From: a virus
Taxonomy: Duplodnaviria > Caudoviricetes
Virus record (IMG/VR): IMGVR_UViG_3300037851_000141
Span: 32,001-96,000 of that record
Direction: 5' to 3' (one strand)
Length of the DNA: 64,000 bases
Each line of letters begins with the position of its first letter. The first letter of the stretch is position 1. This document shows positions 18,523 to 27,240 of the stretch, piece by piece. The notes under the pieces were generated by a model. The model ran no database searches. It saw nothing but the letters and a program-made list of their open reading frames with translations, and was not told where the DNA came from. A program made the translations under genes and the position numbers.

Positions 18523-19307
18523 ATTATAAAAAAACTTAGTAAATTAGCCTCTTCTTCTTCATTTTCATAATCATCAGTCTTGAAATGAAATAATACCTTA
18601 ATACCAAACGTTAATGACTTAAGATACGTATCAAATATCTCCAAATGCTTAGGTTGACATAAATCAGTAATCAATTGAATCTTATTTTCAAGTGTCAAAT
18701 CCGATACTTCCTCATATTCATTTTTATCGTTCTTCATCTCAATCTTATCAATAATAGCACCATAAGCAGCAAATCTACGGTCAGTTAATGTATCCTTCTT
18801 CTTGGTAAACTTTTCAATCTCTTTCTCCATTTTTCTCGTTATAGGCGATAAAATAAATCTAATTGATGGGGTGATGTCCCGAATAGCTTTTATGTCTGTA
18901 CCATCAAAAAACTCAAGTTTCATACACTTCTCTAAGTCAATCTCAATACCATTTACAATATCACCAGTTTTAGGATTTACATGACTAATTTTGGCAACAT
19001 TACCGTTAGTCAATTGATGTATCTTTAATAACAAATAAATGCGATCCTGAGTAAAAAGAACATCATTATTAAACGGTTTATCGTCTAATTTTACAACACA
19101 ATGGTCTAAAATCGCATCAAATGCTTGGTTAATAAGATATTCATCGCGCTTTTCCATCGCTTTAAGAACTTCTCTCTGCTCTTTAACTGTCATTGGTCGA
19201 ATTGTGGCTTTTATATTCTTAGATGATAATAATGGCACAGCAGCCTGAGGAATACTTGATAAGGTTTCTTTTACAAACTCTGTTCTTAAATCTTTGATGG
19301 ATGGCAT
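18519..19307 (-). CDS. gp26: gp26-like baseplate hub / tail assembly chaperone (262 aa)
   Basis: LLSSKNIKATIRPMTVKEQREVL...DRIYLLLKIHQLTNG; start moved to ATG 19307 because of the AAGGAG RBS. Confidence 0.75.
   Translation of the reverse strand: MPSIKDLRTEFVKETLSSIPQAAVPLLSSKNIKATIRPMTVKEQREVLKAMEKRDEYLINQAFDAILDHCVVKLDDKPFNNDVLFTQDRIYLLLKIHQLTNGNVAKISHVNPKTGDIVNGIEIDLEKCMKLEFFDGTDIKAIRDITPSIRFILSPITRKMEKEIEKFTKKKDTLTDRRFAAYGAIIDKIEMKNDKNEYEEVSDLTLENKIQLITDLCQPKHLEIFDTYLKSLTFGIKVLFHFKTDDYENEEEEANLLSFFIM
18528..18534 (-). promoter_or_regulatory. Candidate -1 ribosomal frameshift slippery heptamer U UUU UUU
   Basis: AGT TTT TTT ATA ATG TGA; the -1 frame reads TAT AAT GTG ATG GCA directly into the next ORF. 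Confidence 0.6.
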
Positions 19308-19321
19308 GGGAACTCCTTTAT

Positions 19322-19359
19322 AAACAAAAATCCCCGACATAGTATATTATATCGGGGAT
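19322..19359 (-). terminator. Rho-independent terminator after the tube gene
   Basis: Stem ATCCCCGA/TCGGGGAT (19330-19337/19352-19359) followed by TTTTGTTT on the minus strand. Confidence 0.75.
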
Positions 19360-19383
19360 CTAACAAATCTAATAACTATTTTA

Positions 19384-20019
19384 TCATTGAGGATTGAAAG
19401 GTGTCGTCCAATTACCGGCTGGAGGAGGAGCGCCACGTTCGATTCTTGGAGAACGATCAGCACGAACAAATGGATTAACGCCAATCTGATCATCGCCAAA
19501 TTGATTGATGATTACATAATAGTCATAACGGAAGGTTACATCAAAGGTTTCTACACCTGAAGTTTGATCTTGTCCAACTGAAATTGGACCAACTGTCTTT
19601 GGGAATGCTCCGACAAATCCATAAACCGCAACTTTTTGTCCTTGACGAGCCATCTGAGCTACACCAAGTTGATCTGATTTATAACTATCAGAATGTCCGA
19701 GAAGCATTGTTCCAGCATCATAAACAAGAGATTGCCAACGAAGCATGATACGACGTAATTCATGGGCTTCATCACATAAGAAGTTTACAGTCCAAGGTCC
19801 ATATGTAGGAGGCGTGCCAAGATTGATCTGCATGCCTTGAAAGTGAACGCCAACCTCGCCAAGATCGTATCCCGGTAATTCTGTTGACCTAGCCATACAA
19901 GTCATTACTTTATCGGTGCCTATTTCTGGAATATGTACCAAGAATAAGTATGGGCGGGCTGGATCACCGACTATCTTTCTGAAATCATGAAGGTTGAATG
20001 GTTCGTCTGCTATGGGCAT
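19384..20019 (-). CDS. gp19: Tail tube protein
   Basis: ARPYLFLVHIP...MARSTELPG...VHFQGMQINL...TYGPWTVNFLCDEAHELRRIMLRWQ...GAFPKTVGPI...ETFDVTFRYDYY. Confidence 0.92.
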   Translation of the reverse strand: MPIADEPFNLHDFRKIVGDPARPYLFLVHIPEIGTDKVMTCMARSTELPGYDLGEVGVHFQGMQINLGTPPTYGPWTVNFLCDEAHELRRIMLRWQSLVYDAGTMLLGHSDSYKSDQLGVAQMARQGQKVAVYGFVGAFPKTVGPISVGQDQTSGVETFDVTFRYDYYVIINQFGDDQIGVNPFVRADRSPRIERGAPPPAGNWTTPFNPQ

Positions 20020-20055
20020 TTTGTTTCTCCTATATTAATATATATCATCTGTTTG

Positions 20056-20063
20056 TATTTATA
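20056..20063 (-). promoter_or_regulatory. T4-type late promoter TATAAATA (gp19)
   Basis: Perfect match upstream of the tube gene. Confidence 0.8.
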
Positions 20064-20095
20064 TCAAAAAAATTTTTATTTTATTAATTTCTATA

Positions 20096-20103
20096 TATAA
20101 ATA
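20096..20103 (+). promoter_or_regulatory. T4-type late promoter TATAAATA (homing endonuclease)
   Basis: Perfect match upstream of ATG 20136, with a GGGAG RBS. Confidence 0.75.
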
Positions 20104-20135
20104 CTGCTGTAAACATCGTATGGGAGATACCGTTC

Positions 20136-21350
20136 ATGTGGAAAAAACTAACTAACAAAGAAATCGATAAAAGACTCGAAGGTAGACCAATTTTAAGAAT
20201 AGATGATTATGATAATATGCCACCTAAAACAAAAAAAATTAGATTCCAATGTCTAAAAAATAAAGAACATATTTTTTGTTCTTTAATTGATGGAGTAATT
20301 AACAGGAAATGGGGATGTCCTCTATGTTTAGGTGTAAGAAAATGGACAAACGAATTAATTGATGAAGAAATATTAAAAAAAGGATATCAAATTAAGAGAA
20401 TATCCGATGTTGGAAAAAATGGACATGAAAAAATTAAATTCCAGTGTCTAAAAAATAAAGAACATATATTTGATAACACACCAATAAACGCATTATCCGG
20501 TCAATGTGCCGGTATTTGTAGAATTTGTTCTGAGCGCGAAAAATTTTCTAACATTATGATAAGAGAGAAGCTTGAACAAAACAATAACACAATTGAATTA
20601 TTAGATAATATAGATTATAATAAAATTAAAACATTTCGTTGTAAAAAATGTGATTATTCTTGGAGTGTAAAAAATTTTAAGATGATCATATATGGAAAAA
20701 CTGGATGCCCAAAATGCGCTAAACATATAAAGTTGACTAACGAGGAAATTGATGTTCGTTTATTGAATAGAAATTCTCCAACTAAAAGACTTGGTGATTA
20801 TATTAGTGGACATAATGAAATGTTATGGAAATGTGAAATTTGTCAACATGAGTGGCATCAAAAACCTGGAAAAATTTTATATTATGAACAAGATTGTCCG
20901 ATATGTTTTCGACAACAATCATCATATATAGAATTATATGTTGGTCAGTGTTTATATAAAAATTTCGAAATATTTAAACCTCATTTTAGAATAAAGAATA
21001 TTGAGATATTTGATGATAATCATATATTAATAAGACAATCAGTTGAAATTGATTTTAGAATAATATACAATAATATTATTTATTTCATAGAGTATAATGG
21101 AAGACAGCACTATGAACCTGTTCCATACAGATTTTTAACAAAGGAACAGGCTATTCGAAACTTAAAAGAACAACAAATAAGAGATAGTTGGGTTAAAAAT
21201 TATTGTAAAACAAATAATATAAAACTAATAGTAATTGATGGTCGGACATTTAATAATAAACCATCTGTTAGAACTATAATAGATTATATTTCTTATCAAA
21301 TAAAATCACCCAAATATTACTATTCGGGTGATTATTTTTTATATTGCTAA
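20136..21350 (+). CDS. Free-standing homing endonuclease-like protein (4 Zn-binding repeats plus PD-(D/E)xK/Vsr-like domain)
   Basis: Four KxTN...C..(C/H)...CPxC modules; C-terminal EIDFRIIYNNIIYFIEYNGRQHY...KNYCKTNNIKLIVID. Confidence 0.8.
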   Translation: MWKKLTNKEIDKRLEGRPILRIDDYDNMPPKTKKIRFQCLKNKEHIFCSLIDGVINRKWGCPLCLGVRKWTNELIDEEILKKGYQIKRISDVGKNGHEKIKFQCLKNKEHIFDNTPINALSGQCAGICRICSEREKFSNIMIREKLEQNNNTIELLDNIDYNKIKTFRCKKCDYSWSVKNFKMIIYGKTGCPKCAKHIKLTNEEIDVRLLNRNSPTKRLGDYISGHNEMLWKCEICQHEWHQKPGKILYYEQDCPICFRQQSSYIELYVGQCLYKNFEIFKPHFRIKNIEIFDDNHILIRQSVEIDFRIIYNNIIYFIEYNGRQHYEPVPYRFLTKEQAIRNLKEQQIRDSWVKNYCKTNNIKLIVIDGRTFNNKPSVRTIIDYISYQIKSPKYYYSGDYFLYC

Positions 21351-21356
21351 ATTATT

Positions 21357-23351
21357 TTATACTTTCTCAGTAACTTCACTAAACTCAACCCCTTGCGCGA
21401 CGGCAGTAAATGTAAGTTTAAGAAATTCTGAAACTCTTGTTGGCTTGACAAGGATTTCAGCGCGGAACTCATTGGCGTTGATTACTGCTGAAGTGTTGTT
21501 AGATTCGTCGCAAACTGTGAGGTAATCATACACACCACGTTTAGCTTTAACACTTGCTAAGAATGGATTTACGATACCACGGAAGCGAGACCGGCCGAAG
21601 TCATCATTAAGTTCAAACACGAAGTAGCGAGCCATCTTCTTAATGCTCTTTTCAAGGTATAAGAAGAGACGACGAACATTAATACGATCAAACGCACTTG
21701 CGGTAGATTGTAATGTCTTTTGACCCCAGATTACGATACCTTCACCGACAAAGTTTACAACAGGGTTGATTCTATTGTAGTAAAGAATATCACGTTGAGC
21801 CTTATTTGGGTTGACAGCTACATCGATAACATTGCTAATGATACCACGGTTTAGGCCAGCAGGAGCATACCATTGGGCATCATTGAAATCAGTATATGCC
21901 ATTACAGCAGCAGCAAATCCAGAGACAGGAACCCAACGTTCTTTTTCAGCAAAGCGATCAAAAATCTTGAAGTAGTTGCCGTAAATCGCAGAGTATGAAC
22001 TATTGATCTTAAGTGTATTGGCAACGTAGTTCTTCATAGTTGTATAAACGTTGGCAATAGCTTTATATGTGGTTGTATTCTGGATTTGATCTTGACGAAC
22101 GTTGAGGATAGCCATACAATCTTTACGTATTTCACGGCAGATTTGGTCAAGATAACGCTTAATTTCATCAACATAGTCTGGGTCAAGGAGTAAATCAACT
22201 TCCAGTTCTTCTGGGTTGGTGAAGTTCTCTTGCCAAGCAGTCATAATTTCGCCAGTAAGATCACCAAGACCAGTTCCAACTGTATCACCAGTCAACTTAT
22301 CATACCCACTAGCAACGTCATAATCAGTAAAGCCAAGGAATGTACGACGAGTTGTTAGTAATTGAGCAGTTGCGGCATTTGTTTCACTGTTTGATATGTA
22401 GAAATAGATATATTCAGACTTACCATTTACAAGAGTTGGACCAAACATGATATTGCCTTGTTCGTCCTTCTTGTCTTTATTTGTTGAGAATACATAAGTT
22501 TCAATTGGAGTGTTGAACTCATTGAATACGATTAGAACACCTTCATCGTCTTCATCTGGACCATACTCAAATCCAGTAATAGTTGAAAGCATATCATAAT
22601 CGATAGTCCAATCTTCACCAACAACAGTAGGAGGAACTAATAGATCATACTTAGCTAATGAGTTTGACAGATATTCAACTTCTGGAGTGGCTGATGTTGC
22701 TGGAGTACCATTATAGTATTTTTCAGCAATTGTATTTTGTTCAGTAGTTGTTAATGCTTCAGCAAGTTCATCACGAAGATTTACGGTCTGAACAAAGTCA
22801 TTATAATTGACTGTCATTACAGACACTTGTTGATAGAATGTTCCAGGACCAACCGCATAGAAGTGATATGATTCATTAGCAAGTAAATTATTTCCAACAT
22901 AATCTAATGAGTTGGGATCTGAAGCAGGAAGGTTGGGATCTTTAGAATAATCTATTTTAGCTTCATGTTCTTTTATGACTGAATAAGACAGAGGAAATTG
23001 ATCAGCTTTCTTACTGGTATTTTCTAATATTACAACGTTACCAGCAGATGAAGCAGATGTACCTACAGTTAATCCAGGAACAGCTTTAGTGCTATCTTCA
23101 ATACGGACAGCCCAAAGTTGATTAGATTGTTTTAAGAAGGCTTCAGCAGTAAACCAATGTGTATAGTTCGTATCATTTGGACGACCCATTTTTTGTTCAA
23201 GATCAGTAGGATTTGTCAATAAAACTTTCTTATTCAAAGCACCTTTAGTACTGTGAATAACTATAGCACCAACAGAACTTGTAACTGCTGGTATTGTTTG
23301 ACTTACATCGCGCTCTCTTATACTTACGTCTGGAGATAGATTTTGAGCCAT
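21357..23351 (-). CDS. gp18: Tail sheath protein
   Basis: SPDVSIRERDVS...WFTAEAFLKQSNQLWAVR...WYAPAGLNRG...INPVVNFVGEGIVIWGQKT...FDRINVRRLF; start at 23351 (AAGGAG RBS). Confidence 0.97.
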   Translation of the reverse strand: MAQNLSPDVSIRERDVSQTIPAVTSSVGAIVIHSTKGALNKKVLLTNPTDLEQKMGRPNDTNYTHWFTAEAFLKQSNQLWAVRIEDSTKAVPGLTVGTSASSAGNVVILENTSKKADQFPLSYSVIKEHEAKIDYSKDPNLPASDPNSLDYVGNNLLANESYHFYAVGPGTFYQQVSVMTVNYNDFVQTVNLRDELAEALTTTEQNTIAEKYYNGTPATSATPEVEYLSNSLAKYDLLVPPTVVGEDWTIDYDMLSTITGFEYGPDEDDEGVLIVFNEFNTPIETYVFSTNKDKKDEQGNIMFGPTLVNGKSEYIYFYISNSETNAATAQLLTTRRTFLGFTDYDVASGYDKLTGDTVGTGLGDLTGEIMTAWQENFTNPEELEVDLLLDPDYVDEIKRYLDQICREIRKDCMAILNVRQDQIQNTTTYKAIANVYTTMKNYVANTLKINSSYSAIYGNYFKIFDRFAEKERWVPVSGFAAAVMAYTDFNDAQWYAPAGLNRGIISNVIDVAVNPNKAQRDILYYNRINPVVNFVGEGIVIWGQKTLQSTASAFDRINVRRLFLYLEKSIKKMARYFVFELNDDFGRSRFRGIVNPFLASVKAKRGVYDYLTVCDESNNTSAVINANEFRAEILVKPTRVSEFLKLTFTAVAQGVEFSEVTEKV

Positions 23352-23390
23352 GCCGTACTCCTTTGTCGAGTCATAATAATCTTCAATCAT

Positions 23391-23398
23391 TATTTATA
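23391..23398 (-). promoter_or_regulatory. T4-type late promoter TATAAATA (gp18)
   Basis: Perfect match upstream of the sheath gene. Confidence 0.8.
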
Positions 23399-23436
23399 TC
23401 GGATAACGTAATAATTCGGGAACTAAATATAACGCT

Positions 23437-25656
23437 TTATTTCGGGTTTCTTAAATTTCTGGCCCGACGCATCTCTGAATTAAATAACCAGTTGTCGGGA
23501 TCATTTTCAGCCTCAACATCAGCTATCATTATTTCAAGAGCATCCTGTAATAATTGGTCCTCTTCGGTCATCATATCTTCAACCGTTACTTCCTCTGGTG
23601 CCATATCATGTTGTCGTACCCATTCCTCTAAATTACTCTTCTTCGTATCTTTATTCACAGCATCATACTTCTCGCCATCAAAGAACTGAGAATGTAAGAA
23701 ATAAGCAAACCAAATACAAGACATTACACAATCATCAGTTAAATTGCGACCAGCCTTAGCCTTAAATACATTCTCCCGTATCTCCTCAAAATAACCAATC
23801 TCATCAATAGTCTGCTTATCATATAATATAATCCGACCACCCTCCAAATCATCCTTAAACCATTGGGCTGCCTTGGGCTTAGTCGCCTTAGTAGCTAATA
23901 CACCATATTCCTTCCGGTCTATATCATAAAATAAGTTCTCGTAAGCATACTCGTCAAATAAACTCTTAACAACATCATCACCATAACCACCAGGATTAAC
24001 TTCAACTATTACATATGCCTTATTCCAATAATTAGCCGACTTGAAAATATAATCAGCCATCTTAGTCGGAGGTAAAGTATTACAACGCCATATAGCAACC
24101 TGTTCCGCAGCAATACCTTTATGAACATGTGTAATATCAAATACGTTCATAATAGTATAATCAGAACCAATACCACCACCAATATCACATGAAATAGCAT
24201 ACTTGTGTCCAGGTTCAGATTGCTTCCACATATTCGTAAACTCGTCTGGCGTCATAATTGGATCAACTTTTTTCAATTTCTCAATAATAAATGTCGGATC
24301 AATAAGTGTAATCGTTGAACCTTGGAATTGACAGTTGTGTGTTAATATGCCATTACAATAAAAGTTATGGGTTTCATTATTTACTTCAAGAACGTCATAT
24401 ACAAAGTCAGTATCAACTACATTAACTGATTTTACAACTTTGGAACCACTTGATGTTAATAAAATGGTCTGGTTTACAATAATATCTTTACATTTTATAA
24501 CTTCAGATTCATTTATAAAAAACTCATGATCTGGAGTACATTTTATTTTTTGATTATTTTCTAACTCTATTTCTAAACAAGTTTCTGGTAATAAAGACTT
24601 TTTGATTCCTAAAAGTGATACCCACCCATCTTTTGTTTTTATTTTAGCAGATTCCCAAAGTGGAGTTAATATATGTAATTCGGCTAATGTAATCTTTTTT
24701 ATCTGATTTTGATGATAAAGTTCAACAATAGAATCTCCAGTTAAACAGTTAAACTCCTGATTAAACCGCATATCACCAATCATCATTCGCATTTCACGTT
24801 CCCATTTTTCATCACGACCAGGAACTTCTCGCCAATTTACCATGAACGGCTTGAATGGGAAACTGGCATTACCATCATTCGCATCTTTCCAAAGTTGATA
24901 GAAAAGATTACCAGTACCATTTGGGGTCGATACAATAATACATCTGCCACCTTCTGCGAGTGTAGGCATGTTACTTGCGAAGAATGCGTCTGCTAACTGT
25001 ACAGGGACGAACGCGAATTCATCTAAAAACAAGCATGATACAGACTCGCCACGTAGCGCATCTTTAGAAGTAGCACGGGCAATTATTTTACATCCATTAT
25101 CAAATTCTATTGAGTGTGCGTTATATTCTTTTACTCCAGGTTTAAGCCATTCTGGTAATTTTTCATAAGCGAATTTTATTTCTTCAAGAATACTTTTAGC
25201 TGTAGACGCTTTGTTAGCAAGAATCGCAATAGTTTTATCTTTCTGGAAACAAGAATACCATAACAAATATATAGCAGAACAAGTTGTATTATGCGAAACA
25301 ATGTTATTAGCAAAATATTCATGTTCATCAGACTCAAGTTCAACATCATACATGTTTTCGCTTGGTATATCTAATTTCTCAAGTTTTGTACATTTATGGA
25401 ATCCAGTATCAGTTTCTATCATTTGACCTACTTGAACATCTTTTACATATATTTCGGTATGATTATCGGTATACACTATATGAGTATCAGCACATTTTAG
25501 ATTATCACCGTTCTCAAGTTCTAAATACCAAACATCATACGGCACAGTCTCCATTATCTTATTTATTGAGGTCCACCCTTGAGGAGTTTTTATCTCATAG
25601 TCAGATACGTCCAATACTGATGTGAATTTTTTATATGGTTGGAATTCTTGATTCAT
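23437..25656 (-). CDS. terL: Terminase large subunit, C-terminal fragment (IntC + extein + cis mini-intein + nuclease domain)
   Basis: After SHN: TTCSAIYLLW...Walker B LFLDEFAF, IIVSTPNG, nuclease ISCDIGGGIGSDY and DDCVMS. Confidence 0.95.
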   Translation of the reverse strand: MNQEFQPYKKFTSVLDVSDYEIKTPQGWTSINKIMETVPYDVWYLELENGDNLKCADTHIVYTDNHTEIYVKDVQVGQMIETDTGFHKCTKLEKLDIPSENMYDVELESDEHEYFANNIVSHNTTCSAIYLLWYSCFQKDKTIAILANKASTAKSILEEIKFAYEKLPEWLKPGVKEYNAHSIEFDNGCKIIARATSKDALRGESVSCLFLDEFAFVPVQLADAFFASNMPTLAEGGRCIIVSTPNGTGNLFYQLWKDANDGNASFPFKPFMVNWREVPGRDEKWEREMRMMIGDMRFNQEFNCLTGDSIVELYHQNQIKKITLAELHILTPLWESAKIKTKDGWVSLLGIKKSLLPETCLEIELENNQKIKCTPDHEFFINESEVIKCKDIIVNQTILLTSSGSKVVKSVNVVDTDFVYDVLEVNNETHNFYCNGILTHNCQFQGSTITLIDPTFIIEKLKKVDPIMTPDEFTNMWKQSEPGHKYAISCDIGGGIGSDYTIMNVFDITHVHKGIAAEQVAIWRCNTLPPTKMADYIFKSANYWNKAYVIVEVNPGGYGDDVVKSLFDEYAYENLFYDIDRKEYGVLATKATKPKAAQWFKDDLEGGRIILYDKQTIDEIGYFEEIRENVFKAKAGRNLTDDCVMSCIWFAYFLHSQFFDGEKYDAVNKDTKKSNLEEWVRQHDMAPEEVTVEDMMTEEDQLLQDALEIMIADVEAENDPDNWLFNSEMRRARNLRNPK
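24334..24747 (-). mobile_element. Contiguous mini-intein (138 aa) in TerL
   Basis: QEFN|CLTGDS...KCTPDHEF (block B TxxH)...VYDV...FYCNGILTHN|CQF; no endonuclease domain. Confidence 0.95.
25288..25656 (-). mobile_element. Split intein C-fragment (IntC, 123 aa)
   Basis: YEIKTPQGW...LKCADTHIV...MYDVEL...YFANNIVSHN|T(+1). Confidence 0.95.
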
Positions 25657-26803
25657 ATTTTTCCAGTATTTTTTTAATTAGATTATTCGTTATAATATCT
25701 TTATCCGATTTATATTCGTGTTCTTTAACGTGAATAAATTCGATATTTGGATTAAAATTTACTATATTTTGTTCTCTATTTTGGTTTCTCGTTTTGTTAA
25801 CATCCGCCCTAGATAAATGTTTACCGTGCCAATAATCTCCATCAAACTCTATACACAAATCAATACCTTTTATATAAAAATCCAATTTAGCATATGAGTC
25901 AACTGTTTCTATTTTATATTCATGATTTTTTCCAGACTCATCTTTTTGACCATTATTATTCTGAGCAAAATATGTTGAAGATTTTAATTCTATTGGAAGT
26001 TTATCAAAAATATTCCAAAATAACTCTTGCGATATTTTAGAAAAATTTCTTTTTTTATAATTGGTAATCCATTTATCTTGCCGTTGTTTCCAACGTAATC
26101 TACCATCAATTTCACCATATTTCTGAATACATTTTTCTAATGTAAATGTTTGTTGACGTTCTCTGACTTTTAATCTTGCTTGTTCTTCAGTTAATCCCTT
26201 GTTAGTCCAATATTTTAAGTGATTTGGCATTAGTTGGAGATTTGGGTCTTTTTTCTTTCTTTCTTTTAATGTAGACATTGCGGTTTCAATTCTATTTGTA
26301 TTTTTAGCATACCAACTTGTTGAACATGAAAAAGAACAAAAGTTAGCAATACCCTTTCCAAGACCTCTAAATCGTAATGGTTGTCCACATTCTAAACACT
26401 TCATACTAGGATTTTCGGGATTCATATATTTTATATAATAATCTAATAATGACATTTCGGGATGACATTTTTTAATATGTTTGGCAAGTGATGATTTATT
26501 AGGAACTCCAAAATTACAAATCTGACAAGAATATTCCATTTTCATATTGTTTTTGTGTGTTTCTCGTTCAATATGTTTCAGCGACTTAAATCCATGGTTA
26601 AATTGTTTGTGCCTTATCATTTTTTCTTCACTTGGAAACAATTCTCCACAAACATCACACGGAATGATCCACCCTAAATATTTTTGTTTATATTCGTTTA
26701 ACGTAATGTCTGGGTGTTCTTTTGTTATATGCCCATATATATTATATTTACTAATGGGCTTTCCACATAAAGGGCAGTTATTTATATCAGGGTGCCGCAT
26801 CAT
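25631..26803 (-). CDS. Free-standing homing endonuclease with C2H2 zinc fingers, between the split-intein halves
   Basis: CPLC..HITKEH, CDVC-x12-HKQFNH, CQIC-x12-HIKKCH, CLECG..CSFSC; C-terminal KLDFYIKGIDLCIEFDGDYWHG nuclease motif. Confidence 0.85.
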   Translation of the reverse strand: MMRHPDINNCPLCGKPISKYNIYGHITKEHPDITLNEYKQKYLGWIIPCDVCGELFPSEEKMIRHKQFNHGFKSLKHIERETHKNNMKMEYSCQICNFGVPNKSSLAKHIKKCHPEMSLLDYYIKYMNPENPSMKCLECGQPLRFRGLGKGIANFCSFSCSTSWYAKNTNRIETAMSTLKERKKKDPNLQLMPNHLKYWTNKGLTEEQARLKVRERQQTFTLEKCIQKYGEIDGRLRWKQRQDKWITNYKKRNFSKISQELFWNIFDKLPIELKSSTYFAQNNNGQKDESGKNHEYKIETVDSYAKLDFYIKGIDLCIEFDGDYWHGKHLSRADVNKTRNQNREQNIVNFNPNIEFIHVKEHEYKSDKDIITNNLIKKILEKYESRIPTI

Positions 26804-26822
26804 ATTATATTCTCCACATTTC

Positions 26823-26830
26823 TATTTATA
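26823..26830 (-). promoter_or_regulatory. T4-type late promoter inside the fractured terL locus
   Basis: Perfect TATAAATA in the 60-nt gap between the TerL-N stop and the endonuclease ATG. Confidence 0.8.
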
Positions 26831-26863
26831 TTGCGTAGACTGAATATTTTTTATGATTCTTGG

Positions 26864-27232
26864 TTATTCGGGAAACGTTTGAAGGTTTGATATTGCTTTA
26901 AACAACTCATATATACTAATTTCTTGAATTTTCCCTGTGTTTTTATTTCTTATAGTAATTAACATATCTTTGTGTAAACATTTTCCAATTTGTCGGGCGC
27001 TATTTATTAATGAGAACCTATGATTTTGGAATATATCGACCATATTTTTTTGATAAGGTCGGAGAACTATTTTTTGAGAACCTTGAGTGGGGTGGACGAC
27101 ATAGTAATAATTTTCAGCGAAGTAAATTACACTTTGTATACATTGCGCCCATTCAACTATCATTTCTTGTGTATAGTTGATTTTTTTATCTGGTCTTTTT
27201 ATTAATCCTTTATCATCATATTTAATAGGCAT
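26864..27232 (-). CDS. terL: Terminase large subunit, N-terminal fragment (84-aa extein + IntN)
   Basis: YFAENYYYVV...LRPYQKNM...SARQIGK (Walker A up to the Lys), then CLHKD. Confidence 0.95.
   Translation of the reverse strand: MPIKYDDKGLIKRPDKKINYTQEMIVEWAQCIQSVIYFAENYYYVVHPTQGSQKIVLRPYQKNMVDIFQNHRFSLINSARQIGKCLHKDMLITIRNKNTGKIQEISIYELFKAISNLQTFPE
26867..26980 (-). mobile_element. Split intein N-fragment (IntN, 38 aa)
   Basis: CLHKDMLITIRNKNTGKIQEISIYELFKAISNLQTFPE, then stop; intein block A. Confidence 0.93.
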
Positions 27233-27240
27233 AGAAGAGA

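Noticed and set aside
26804-26866. TerL-N and the endonuclease share a reading frame, suggesting read-through or a group I intron
   Set aside because: Two stops (TAA at 26864, TAG at 26822) separate them, TerL-C is in another frame, and 60 nt is too short for an intron core. Sharing a frame has a 1-in-3 chance.
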